Positions 41,854-50,583 are shown, counted from the stretch's first letter. The stretch is DNA of 64,000 bases from Candidatus Bathyarchaeia archaeon (GCA_038897035.1 JAWAXF010000005.1:4648-68647); one strand, 5' to 3'. A program made the numbers and translations. Notes: generated by a model not told the origin, from the sequence alone.

Positions 41854-42450
41854 CTAGGGGATATATGTCTCCTTATACCACTCAGCAAATTTTCTGAGAG
41901 CCCTTGCGCGGTGCGAAAACCTGTTCTTTTCTTCAATAGTCATCTCGGCAAAGGTTTTGCCCGGTTCTTCATTAGGCTCAAAGATTGGATCAAAACCAAA
42001 GCCTCCGCTGCCCTTAGCTTCCTCGGCGATTTTGCCATAAACTACCCCATGAAAATGCTTCACCTTTTCTTCGGGGTTGCAGAAGGCAACCACCGACTTA
42101 AAGTATGCTTTGCGCTCTTCTACGCCCCATAGGAGTTTTAATAGCCCTCTTATGCCTATTGTTCTGTAAACGTATGATGAATATGGTCCTGGGAAGCCAT
42201 TGAGCGCCTCCACGAAGAGGCCAGTGTCTTCAACAATTACTGGCAAGTTTGTTTCCTTAGCGGCGTTCATAGCGCTAATTTCAGCAATTCTTTCTATGTT
42301 ATCATCCTGAACTTCTAACGTTTTAGCCCTAATCATGGCTACGGATATGGAATATTCGGCCAGAATTCTTCTAGCCTCATTAAACTTGTTTACATTTTTT
42401 GTAGCGAAGAAAATTAGTCTTCCGTATGGGAAGTTCGCGTCTATTGGCAA
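41854..42450 (-). CDS. Non-canonical purine NTP pyrophosphatase (RdgB/HAM1 family)
   Basis: 'LIFFATKNVNKFNEA', 'VEDTGLFVEALNGFPGPYSS' and 'GSGGFGFDPIF' are HAM1-family motifs. Confidence 0.8.
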   Translation of the reverse strand: MPIDANFPYGRLIFFATKNVNKFNEARRILAEYSISVAMIRAKTLEVQDDNIERIAEISAMNAAKETNLPVIVEDTGLFVEALNGFPGPYSSYVYRTIGIRGLLKLLWGVEERKAYFKSVVAFCNPEEKVKHFHGVVYGKIAEEAKGSGGFGFDPIFEPNEEPGKTFAEMTIEEKNRFSHRARALRKFAEWYKETYIP

Positions 42451-42457
42451 TCTTAGC

Positions 42458-43174
42458 TCACCTCTCCGCTATATATCTCCCCCTTTTCTCTATCTCAGAT
42501 ACTCTATCTAAAACATCTTTAGTGGAATCTGGACCCATTTCCTCATCATACCCCTCTATGATGGCGTTAAAGCACTCATCAACGTAATTATAATGCGTGC
42601 TTGCCAGAGCCCTCTTCACTAAGTGGAGATCTACTCCTTGGTACTCTAAGTCCGTACTCTGCTCACTAAGCCCAAAGTCCACTAGAACTATTTTTCCCTC
42701 CGGCGTTAAAATCATGTTTGATGTTGTGAGGTCGCCATGTACAATACCGTTTTTATGTAGCTTGCCTATCAGCCTACCTATCTGCCGGCATACCTTAACC
42801 CTTTCCTCGCTTGGTAAATCGTTGAGTATATTCTTTATTTGCTTCCCCTCAACATATTCCATAATTATTGTCGCCTCCTCAAGATCGACCATGAACACTA
42901 TGGGCGTTGGGACGCCAGCCTCCTTAGCCTTATGAATCATCTGCGGCTCATGCTTGGTCCTCTGAATTTGTATGGCCCTGTCCAGCTCCTGTAAACGATA
43001 CTTTTTTGGCAGCCTCCTCTTAAAGATAACTTTCCGCCCATACCACACTCCCAAATAGATGCTTGCCTCAGCACCCCTCTTTATCAAAGTGCCCAATGTG
43101 GAGTAATCTTGCGAAGCGCTGTTCTGGTTAGGGAAGCTACTAATGTGCTCCGAACCATGGGACGTCGACGTCAT
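42458..43174 (-). CDS. bud32: KEOPS complex kinase Bud32
   Basis: RIO-like small kinase: 'LIKRGAEASIY', 'VIFKRRLPKKYR' and 'IVHGDLTTSNMIL..LVDFGLS'. Overlaps the upstream kae1 gene by 35 nt. Confidence 0.8.
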   Translation of the reverse strand: MTSTSHGSEHISSFPNQNSASQDYSTLGTLIKRGAEASIYLGVWYGRKVIFKRRLPKKYRLQELDRAIQIQRTKHEPQMIHKAKEAGVPTPIVFMVDLEEATIIMEYVEGKQIKNILNDLPSEERVKVCRQIGRLIGKLHKNGIVHGDLTTSNMILTPEGKIVLVDFGLSEQSTDLEYQGVDLHLVKRALASTHYNYVDECFNAIIEGYDEEMGPDSTKDVLDRVSEIEKRGRYIAER

Positions 43175-44153
43175 CCAGCCTCCACTTCATTCTGACAAAG
43201 CTTTTCTCAATGGGTATTGTTAAACCATACTTGTAGCATAGTACGCCAGTCCACGCTATCATAGCGCCATTGTCTGTCGCATATTCTTTAGATACGACGG
43301 AGAAGTGGGCGCCGTGCTCCTCAGCCATCGCTCTCAGCATGGATTGGAGTCTCTTGTTCGCTGCAACCCCCCCAGTCAATAAGACCTCTACTTTCTCAGT
43401 ATGCGCCAGCGCCCTCTCTGTTACCTCGGTGAGCATAGAGAAGGCTATTTCCTGAAGACTAAAGCACAGATCCTCAAGAGGATATTTCCCCCCACGCAGT
43501 AGATTAACGGCCGCGGTTAACAGTCCGCTAAAAGACATGTCCATTCCCTTAACTGTATATGGGAGCTGTATCAGCCTTCTGCCCCTGGAAGCTAATTCCT
43601 CAAGAGCTGCCCCCAATGGTTTACCCGGCTCGGGCCTCAAGCCAGCCTCCCTAGCGAATACATCAAGACAGTTCCCAACGGCTATATCTAGTGTCTCACC
43701 GAAAATCCGATAACGACCTGCCTCAAAAGCAGATACAATTGTGTTACCACCGGAGACATAAAGTGTAACTGGATCCTTAACACGATTAACCATTCTGCCC
43801 ATTTCTATATGGGCTAAGCAGTGGTTAACCCCAACCAATGGTTTACCTAGATATGATGCTAAGGCCCTAGCGACGGTTGCGCCAACCCTTAGGCATGGGC
43901 CTAACCCAGGACCTTGGGAGAACGCTATTACATCTATTTCTTTGGGCTTTATTCCGGCCCTCCTAAGGGCTTCGGCTATAACCCTCCCGGCAACTATGAC
44001 GTGATGCCTAGATGCTTCTCGAGGATGGATCCCTCCTTTATCTGGAATATAGACGTCATTCACGTTCGCAAGTACCTCGCCGTCAAACGAGACTATTCCA
44101 ACGCCAAAATCATCAGCCGTGCTTTCTATACCAAGAGAAAAACCTTCACGCAT
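43140..44153 (-). CDS. kae1: tRNA N6-adenosine threonylcarbamoyltransferase Kae1
   Basis: 'LGIESTADDFGVGIV', 'GIHPREASRHH', 'FSQGPGLGPCLRVG' and 'VNHCLAHIE' are Kae1/TsaD motifs. The start at the 44153 ATG is chosen by N-terminal homology and is uncertain. Confidence 0.85.
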   Translation of the reverse strand: MREGFSLGIESTADDFGVGIVSFDGEVLANVNDVYIPDKGGIHPREASRHHVIVAGRVIAEALRRAGIKPKEIDVIAFSQGPGLGPCLRVGATVARALASYLGKPLVGVNHCLAHIEMGRMVNRVKDPVTLYVSGGNTIVSAFEAGRYRIFGETLDIAVGNCLDVFAREAGLRPEPGKPLGAALEELASRGRRLIQLPYTVKGMDMSFSGLLTAAVNLLRGGKYPLEDLCFSLQEIAFSMLTEVTERALAHTEKVEVLLTGGVAANKRLQSMLRAMAEEHGAHFSVVSKEYATDNGAMIAWTGVLCYKYGLTIPIEKSFVRMKWRLDDVDVPWFGAH

Positions 44154-44258
44154 ATAATTTTTAGAGCTCATACATCCTTTTAAAGATGATGGAAAAAGTT
44201 GTGAGGTCATCAACATATTTTTATCTTTGGTAGGTATATATTTAGATATTTAGGGAAA

Positions 44259-44615
44259 GTGATGACGAAGCAGAATGACCTAGAGCGAAAGGCCCTTGAA
44301 ATAATAATGAAGAGTGGAAGTAAGGGCGTATTGCAGTCGGAGCTCTGGCGCGAGATAAATGTTACGAGTAGGGAGGGCTCTAGAATCTCAATCAGGCTTG
44401 AGAATAGAGGGCTCATTTACCGTGAGCCTGAGCTATCAAGGGGAAGATGGACATATAGGCTCTACCCGAAGCATCATCCGGTCTCTATGGACTCGATACT
44501 TAATTGCCCATGCATTTCATGCAAAGAAAACTCTATATGCGGCGCCAACAGCGTGATCACTCCTAATAAATGTGAAAAATTCACGCAGTGGATTCTAGAA
44601 GAATCTTTTCAGTAA
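44259..44615 (+). CDS. Winged-helix protein with C-terminal Cys cluster (TFE-beta / RPC34-like; tentative)
   Basis: N-terminal wH 'GVLQSELWREINVTSREGSRISIRLENRGLIYRE' and C-terminal 'NCPCISCKENSICGANSVITPNKCEKF'. The architecture resembles crenarchaeal TFE-beta. Confidence 0.4.
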   Translation: MMTKQNDLERKALEIIMKSGSKGVLQSELWREINVTSREGSRISIRLENRGLIYREPELSRGRWTYRLYPKHHPVSMDSILNCPCISCKENSICGANSVITPNKCEKFTQWILEESFQ

Positions 44616-44640
44616 AGATATTTTCTGGTGAAAGGGAATT

Positions 44641-45258
44641 TTGTCTGGGAGATGGCTTGAGAGACGGAAGAGAGACTACTATTATAAGAGAGCAAAAGAG
44701 GAGAATTATAGGTCACGAGCCGCATATAAGCTTAAGCAATCTGTAAAGAGGTATAATTTCATTAAACCCGGTGACGTAGTTGTTGATTTGGGCGCAGCTC
44801 CCGGGGGATGGCTACAAGTAGCTAGGGAAATAGTTGGTGATAAGGGTTTTGTTCTCGGCGTAGACATCAGGAAGATAGAGCCACTAGGTTATGAAAACAT
44901 ATATACGCTGGTCGGCGACATAATGGAGCCCAATATCCCTGAGAGAATAAAGGCTGTCTTACCGCGGCCAGCAGATGTGGTGTTATCCGATGTCTCCCCC
45001 AACATCTCAGGGGTATGGGAGCTCGATCACTATAGGCAAATAGAGCTGGCAGGTCGCTCCCTACAAATAGCGCTATCAATACTAAGGAAAGGCGGCACCG
45101 TATTCATAAAAGTATTTCAAGGGGAGCTCCTTGAAGAATTCTTGAAGAAAGTCAAAATATATTTCAATCAGACTAGGATTGTAAAGCCGGAAGCCAGTAG
45201 GAAGGAGAGCGCTGAGATATATATTCTTGGAATAGGGCTTGATAATGGAGCTGATTGA
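44641..45258 (+). CDS. rlmE: 23S rRNA 2'-O-ribose methyltransferase RlmE/FtsJ
   Basis: 'YRSRAAYKLKQ', 'VVDLGAAPGGWLQVA', 'VLSDVSPNISG' and 'KVFQGE' are FtsJ motifs. TTG start. Confidence 0.8.
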   Translation: MSGRWLERRKRDYYYKRAKEENYRSRAAYKLKQSVKRYNFIKPGDVVVDLGAAPGGWLQVAREIVGDKGFVLGVDIRKIEPLGYENIYTLVGDIMEPNIPERIKAVLPRPADVVLSDVSPNISGVWELDHYRQIELAGRSLQIALSILRKGGTVFIKVFQGELLEEFLKKVKIYFNQTRIVKPEASRKESAEIYILGIGLDNGAD

Positions 45259-45273
45259 TCAGAGCGTCTACCC

Positions 45274-45930
45274 TTACCATTCATAAGCATGAAGGGTTTT
45301 CTCTATGTATGTGTTTGGATCAGTCTCCTTAACGGCGCATTTATCTACATCAATGATATATACTGCATGTAAACGAGCATTCCTTATCTCTTCAATACTT
45401 ACTGGCGGATTACTGTAATATAGATCGCATAGAGCCTTTATCTCTCTTATTTCGTTACTAGTTCTATATTTTGGCGGTTTAACAAGCGCTGGATGGAAAC
45501 ATAATATATAATAGGGGGGAGCCGCAAGAGCAAATTTCTCAGCAAATCCACTGTACCTCGCTATCTTACTTGTCACCCTAGCCTTGCAATAGGTTATCGG
45601 GTCAACAGCGTGCTCAGGTGGGACATAGCCTGTCTCAACCTCAATTATTAGGCTACCTAAGCCCTTCAAGGCATATATGTCACAGGTTATCCCATCTAAG
45701 GCGTACTCTAACTCCACAATATGATAGCCGCTTAAAATAAGATACTTAGCACACACTATCTCCATAACCGAGTGATTTATCTTAACAGCATTCCTTTTAT
45801 AAAGGTGAATCAATTTATCCCTTAGCCTAAAAATCCGCTGAGAGACTCCTTCACTCTCCCCCCTACAAAGTTTATTCACGATGGCATCTAAATCCTCCTC
45901 AAAACGCTCAACAGACTTATCCAGTACCAT
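45274..45930 (-). CDS. Hypothetical protein, possible PD-(D/E)xK-fold nuclease
   Basis: 218-aa ORF. The 'ELEYALDGITCDIYALKG..SLIIEVETG' segment resembles E...D...(E/D)xE/K restriction-endonuclease-like core strands. No family recognised. Confidence 0.4.
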   Translation of the reverse strand: MVLDKSVERFEEDLDAIVNKLCRGESEGVSQRIFRLRDKLIHLYKRNAVKINHSVMEIVCAKYLILSGYHIVELEYALDGITCDIYALKGLGSLIIEVETGYVPPEHAVDPITYCKARVTSKIARYSGFAEKFALAAPPYYILCFHPALVKPPKYRTSNEIREIKALCDLYYSNPPVSIEEIRNARLHAVYIIDVDKCAVKETDPNTYIEKTLHAYEW

Positions 45931-46006
45931 AACTCAAAAACTATTGATCTTTACATTTAAAATTTTGTGCCAAAAATATTATATATATTAATCGTGTAAA
46001 TTATTC

Positions 46007-46145
46007 TTGCTAAGCCAAGAAGTACGCTTTGAGCACTGTGTTTAGGTGAAGAGTGCGCCAGTTGAAACGGCTGAAAACTGGCGCGCGATAAAGACTTCAC
46101 CTAAACAGGCCGGTCAGCGCTCAAGGCTTAGACTTGGCTTGGCAA
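46007..46145 (+). ncRNA. 139-nt extended imperfect hairpin (candidate structured ncRNA or palindromic element)
   Basis: Four stacked helices: 46007-19/46133-45 (13 bp), 46026-38/46115-27 (12 bp plus an A.C mismatch), 46039-51/46095-107 (13 bp) and 46053-63/46076-86 (11 bp). The apical loop is 12 nt. The hairpin sits in a 245-nt intergenic spacer, flanked by A/T-rich TATA-like sequence and a downstream T-rich tract. Confidence 0.35.
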
Positions 46146-46175
46146 ACATTTATATTATTATTTTATTTTAATAAA

Positions 46176-47939
46176 TTATTCGACCTCTATTTTCTTTAAT
46201 TGCCCCTTATACATTTCGATTATCTCGTTCACAGTTGTTGCGTCATCAGGAGACTTATCTGTTCTATACCTTCCAGTAAACCTTGGAAATCTTATTGCGA
46301 GCCCACTTCCCCTCCTTATAATGTCTCTTGCGCATGTGTGGATTGGGCTTAGGGTTATCTCAGCTCCAATAACTTCTATAACCATCTTTGGTACAAACCA
46401 GACATCCGCTCCGATCTCAGAGTTAACCCGCGGGTGCTTATGGTTAATTTTGTAGGGCTCAAGCATCTTGGGGAGATTCTCTAGGTCTTCATCCGTAAAT
46501 CCTGAGCCGCACTTACAGATTGTCTCAAAGGTGTCGTTCTCATGATTGTAGGCTGCTAGTAGCAGGGCACCGTAAGTTCCGGCCCTCTTGCCCCTACCAT
46601 GAAATGCTCCGACGACGACTAGGTCCACAGTATCCGTCATCTCGCTCTTATAATCCCGCTTATATTTTATCCATAACCAGCCTCTAGCACCAGCCTGGTA
46701 CATTGAATCCTTATTCAGCGATTTGCAAACGAGCCCCTCGCAGCCAGCCTCAACAGCCTCCTCAAAAAATTTCTCTAGATCCTCAACATTATCAATGATT
46801 ACATACTTGGCCAGCTGAAACCTATCGCTCTGTTCAATTATTTTCTCAAGAACTTCGTGTCTAGCAGGGTAGGGCTCTAAAGTCAGATCCTTCCCATCTA
46901 CGTAAAGGGCGTCAAAGGCGAACAACGAAACCGGATACTCTTCGGCAGCCTTGGCAATATCATATTTCCGCCTTCTATGCATGAGCTCCTGAAATGGCAT
47001 CATCTCGCCGGTGTCTAAGTTTACGGCTACGCACTCAGCCTCTATAATCGCATCCCTAGCCTTAACATGGTTCCTAACGAGCTCAACAGCATCCGGATAT
47101 TGGCTAGTTATGTTCTCGAGTCTTCTCGAGAATAAAAGAATTCTGTCCCCGTCTTTATGGGCCTGAATTCTCTCTCCATCATACTTGTACTCGGCGACGC
47201 ATTTCCCTCCGAGCTTCTCAAGGATCTCGACCGGAGAGCTAAGTCTCTCAGCTAGCATGGGCCTAATCGGGTTGCCAAGGGACACCCTAAAGTTTTTAAG
47301 AGTCTCAATACCACCCTCAGCGAGAGCTTTTGCGACCTTACCGAGATCCGATGAAAGATTATAGGCTCTTTCAATAATATCCCTTGCGCTCCTGCCTCCG
47401 CCATAAGCTATCGCTAGGGCATCTAACATCGTCATATCCGCTATCCCCAAACGCAGCTTACCCGTAACGGTTCTAATAAGATACTTAGCCTCTTTTGGTG
47501 ACGCGTCAGCCAACAGCCCAGCTAGAAGATTTACTTTTAGATCCATTGAGCCCTCGCCAGCGGCCCTAGCAATTTTGTCAAGCGTTTGATAAACCCTATC
47601 TACGGTCAATGGCTTCTGGAAAAAGGAGACTTGACGTCTCTTCTCCAGAAATCTTTGCGCAGTTTCCCCTAAATCTCCGGTTTTGGCTAAGTCCTCGTCA
47701 ATCTCGCTTTCCTTTCTCCCAGAAGCTTTGGCGAGGGCCTTAAGGGCGAGCCTTTCAGCGACCCCCAATTCGATACCCATGAAGTCCGGGTAAAGTTTAC
47801 CCTGAGTTAGATACACAACTTTGTCAATTATTTCCTTAGGTGTTTTTTTAAAGAGTTCAACCAGATAGTCGGTCATCTCAAGTCTCTTAGTTGTGCTTTC
47901 AATCCTTTCATAAACCTCTGTGACCAAAGAGTAATGCAT
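46176..47939 (-). CDS. lig: ATP-dependent DNA ligase
   Basis: 587 aa. Adenylation motif 'AEYKYDGERIQ' (KxDG) and 'EGLVCKS', with OB-fold C-terminal motifs 'LLLAAYN' and 'LAIRFPRF'. Confidence 0.9.
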   Translation of the reverse strand: MHYSLVTEVYERIESTTKRLEMTDYLVELFKKTPKEIIDKVVYLTQGKLYPDFMGIELGVAERLALKALAKASGRKESEIDEDLAKTGDLGETAQRFLEKRRQVSFFQKPLTVDRVYQTLDKIARAAGEGSMDLKVNLLAGLLADASPKEAKYLIRTVTGKLRLGIADMTMLDALAIAYGGGRSARDIIERAYNLSSDLGKVAKALAEGGIETLKNFRVSLGNPIRPMLAERLSSPVEILEKLGGKCVAEYKYDGERIQAHKDGDRILLFSRRLENITSQYPDAVELVRNHVKARDAIIEAECVAVNLDTGEMMPFQELMHRRRKYDIAKAAEEYPVSLFAFDALYVDGKDLTLEPYPARHEVLEKIIEQSDRFQLAKYVIIDNVEDLEKFFEEAVEAGCEGLVCKSLNKDSMYQAGARGWLWIKYKRDYKSEMTDTVDLVVVGAFHGRGKRAGTYGALLLAAYNHENDTFETICKCGSGFTDEDLENLPKMLEPYKINHKHPRVNSEIGADVWFVPKMVIEVIGAEITLSPIHTCARDIIRRGSGLAIRFPRFTGRYRTDKSPDDATTVNEIIEMYKGQLKKIEVE

Positions 47940-48213
47940 CTAAATCACCATCAAATCTAAGAAATATAATTAAGAGAGGGCTCATTTAACCTTAGCTTCC
48001 ACCTAAAGTTAAATGTTTTTAGAGGTGCCGGAAGCAAGTTTACAAAGGTATCTAAATCCTTATTGGAGGACGACAAGGCTGCCTTTAAATACTGGTGCAC
48101 AGTCTATTTTAAAAAATATTTAATGTTATCGTTTCCTTATATCTTCATATCTTCCTAAAATAAGAGGGGTGGAGCAAGAAGTATTTGGACAATGTTACCT
48201 TTTTAGCGCATCC

Positions 48214-48336
48214 TCATTTCCTTACATACTCTCGAAACTTCTTGCCACAGCATTCATAGAGCTTTATGTGTACTTTAGGACCTAAGTCCCACTCTTTGAT
48301 TAGCTTTGCTTCCTGGCCACAAACCGGGCATTTCAT
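48214..48336 (-). CDS. Hypothetical 40-aa zinc-ribbon-like protein (not in the ORF track)
   Basis: Hand translation: MKCPVCGQEAKLIKEWDLGPKVHIKLYECCGKKFREYVRK. It has CPxC...CC and a GGAGG-like motif about 14 nt upstream of the ATG. Confidence 0.4.
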   Translation of the reverse strand: MKCPVCGQEAKLIKEWDLGPKVHIKLYECCGKKFREYVRK

Positions 48337-48569
48337 AAGAAACACTCAGCCTCCCTCATTATACTATAATATTCTGGCTAATTAACACTATTTAAAATTT
48401 AAATCAAAATAACACTTTCATAACAGTCCTTTACCTTTAATTAGGCGCACAATCATAAGCACATTCAACATATTCATTGAACTTTCTAAGTCTTCTTCTA
48501 ATAAATTTTTATTTATCAATTTCTAAGATTTTAAATCTTAAACTATAGTTAATTGTCTTGGGAGTAAAC

Positions 48570-50405
48570 ATGGATAACAGCAGTCTACTAGAGGAGTATT
48601 TGAGGAGTAAGGCTAATATTCTGAGACTATATAGCCTTAGGTCTACGACGAAAGCTGAATCCGGCCACCCAACAAGCTGTCTCTCAAGCGCCGAGATCAT
48701 CGCAACGCTTTTCTTACACGTTATGAACATCGATCCAGAGCGCATCGACTATCTAGACAATGATGAGTTCGTCCTCTCAAAGGGTCATGCCGCGCCAGTT
48801 CTATATGCGGCCTTGGCGGAAATAGGCGTGATTTTACCGGAGAAAATAATGACGTTAAGGGAGTTCACCTCCGAGCTTGAGGGGCACCCAGCTCCAAGGG
48901 TGAAGGGTATAAGGGTTGCAACCGGCTCCCTTGGTCAGGGATTATCTATTGGCTTAGGCATGGCGTATGCGAAAAAGCTCCTAGGAATTAATAGACGAGT
49001 TTACGTTCTTCTCGGAGATGGCGAGATGGCTGAGGGCTCTAACTGGGAGGCGATAAGTCTCGCTGGTAAACTTAGGCTCTCAAATCTGGTGGCGATAATG
49101 GATATGAATAGGCTTGGCCAAAGCGAGCCGACAATGCTTCAGTGGGATGGGGAAGCTTACGCAAAAAGAGTCGAGGCCTTCGACTGGAACGTCACAATAT
49201 GCGATGGGCATGACATCAAGGATCTCATCAGGGCCTTCAATGAGACAAAGAGATCTGAAAAGCCATTCTTCATAATTGCTAAGACAGTTAAGGGGAAAGG
49301 TGTCAGTTTCCTTGAGGATGCAGAAGATAGGCATGGGAGAGCGCTTACTAAAGAGGAATTGGGTATTGCTGAGAAAGAGCTACTCCCAAAAATAAGACAT
49401 GATATCGACTTTAAGCCAGAAAACTTCATTAAGGCTAATATCCCCGTGGAGCCGAGAAGAAAGTATGAGGTTGTCGAGACCAATTATAGGATTGGCGAGA
49501 TGGTTACGACTAGAGAGGCTTTTGGCAGAGCCCTTGTAAAGCTTGGGGAACAAAACGAGAGGCTGGTGGTCCTGGACGGGGATGTTAAGAACTCGACTTT
49601 CACGATGTACTTCTTTAATAGGTTTCCAAGGAGGAGTCTGCAATGTTACATAGCCGAGCAGAACATGGTCGGCATAGCGACTGGAATGCAGGCGCAGGGG
49701 TTTGATGTGTTCTTCGCAACGTTTGCTGCCTTCCTTACAAGGGCATTTGACCAATTGAGGATGGCTGCATACTCTAGGGCAAACCTGAAGATATGCGGTT
49801 CGCATGCAGGCGTATCGATAGGGGAGGACGGACCCTCTCAGATGGGGCTGGAGGATATAGCCATGTTCAGGTCGATCTTCGGAAGCGTCATCTTATATCC
49901 GTGTGACGCTGTGAGCTCAGAGAAACTCACATGCGCGATGGCAAACTATAATGGTATCTCGTATCTTAGGACAACTAGGCCTAAAACGCCAGTGATATAC
50001 AGCAATGATGAAGAGTTTCATATTGGCGGCTCAAAGGTCCTAAGGCGGAGCAAGAATGATGAGGCGTCAGTCATAGCCTGCGGGATAACAGTTCATGAGA
50101 CATTAAAAGCTTATGAGATGTTAAAGGACGAGGGCATAAAAATTAGGGTTATTGATTGCTACTCCATAAAGCCAATCGACGCCGAGACGCTAATTAAAGC
50201 CGCTGAAGACACAAAGTACATAATAACCGTAGAAGACCACTACCCTGAAGGGGGATTGGGAGAAGCCGTAGCATCACTAGGCCTAAAACCACATATACTA
50301 GCCGTAAGGAAAATGCCCCACTCTGGAAAACCACAGGAACTCCTAACAGAGCAAGGAATAGACTCTAAAGGGATCGCGAAAAAAGTCAAAGAGATAATTT
50401 CATAG
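48570..50405 (+). CDS. tkt: Transketolase (N- and C-terminal halves fused)
   Basis: 'SGHPTSCLS', 'SKGHAAP' and 'GSLGQGL..GDGEMAEG' (TPP motif). The pyrimidine-binding and C-terminal domains are in one ORF. ATG at 48570, preceded by GGGAG. Confidence 0.85.
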   Translation: MDNSSLLEEYLRSKANILRLYSLRSTTKAESGHPTSCLSSAEIIATLFLHVMNIDPERIDYLDNDEFVLSKGHAAPVLYAALAEIGVILPEKIMTLREFTSELEGHPAPRVKGIRVATGSLGQGLSIGLGMAYAKKLLGINRRVYVLLGDGEMAEGSNWEAISLAGKLRLSNLVAIMDMNRLGQSEPTMLQWDGEAYAKRVEAFDWNVTICDGHDIKDLIRAFNETKRSEKPFFIIAKTVKGKGVSFLEDAEDRHGRALTKEELGIAEKELLPKIRHDIDFKPENFIKANIPVEPRRKYEVVETNYRIGEMVTTREAFGRALVKLGEQNERLVVLDGDVKNSTFTMYFFNRFPRRSLQCYIAEQNMVGIATGMQAQGFDVFFATFAAFLTRAFDQLRMAAYSRANLKICGSHAGVSIGEDGPSQMGLEDIAMFRSIFGSVILYPCDAVSSEKLTCAMANYNGISYLRTTRPKTPVIYSNDEEFHIGGSKVLRRSKNDEASVIACGITVHETLKAYEMLKDEGIKIRVIDCYSIKPIDAETLIKAAEDTKYIITVEDHYPEGGLGEAVASLGLKPHILAVRKMPHSGKPQELLTEQGIDSKGIAKKVKEIIS

Positions 50406-50414
50406 GGATGTAGT

Positions 50415-50428
50415 AAAATTATAATTAT
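50415..50428 (+). promoter_or_regulatory. TATA-like box upstream of tRNA-Leu
   Basis: 'aaaattataattat' is centred about 23 nt upstream of the tRNA 5' end, which is the spacing of archaeal TATA boxes. Confidence 0.35.
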
Positions 50429-50443
50429 CTAGCGGTATAGAGA

Positions 50444-50583
50444 GCGGGGGTGGCAGAGCTTGGTCAAATGCGCGGGGCATATGGCAAAAATGACGCCATA
50501 TGCGCGTAAGACTCAAGGTCAGAGACGGATGGGGTATCCCGTCCCATAGGGGTTCGTGGGTTCAAATCCCACCCCCCGCACCA
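50444..50583 (+). tRNA. tRNA-Leu(CAA), class II, with two introns (34 nt at 29/30 = 50476-50509; 18 nt at 37/38 = 50518-50535) and encoded CCA
   Basis: Hand-folded. Acceptor GCGGGGG/CCCCCGC, discriminator A. T-arm GUGGG-UUCAAAU-CCCAC, variable region UCCCAUAGGGGUUC. After both excisions the anticodon arm is CGGGA-CUCAAGA-UCCCG and the mature length is 88 nt. Both introns fold into BHB-like motifs. Confidence 0.8.

Noticed and set aside
41611-42132. Plus-strand ORFs 41611-41802 and 41824-42132.
   Set aside because: They overlap the minus-strand rpl40e and the RdgB/HAM1 gene, both of which have clear homology. The plus-strand translations are low-complexity.
46007-46148. The long hairpin read as an archaeal H/ACA guide RNA, since cbf5 and L7Ae are in the window and 'ACA' follows the basal stem.
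   Set aside because: - I could not draw a K-turn or K-loop (3-nt bulge plus tandem G.A) in any internal or apical loop.
- The basal stem is 13 bp, so ACA lies about 19 nt from the top of the candidate pocket instead of about 14-16 nt.
- The upper part is far longer than in known H/ACA hairpins.
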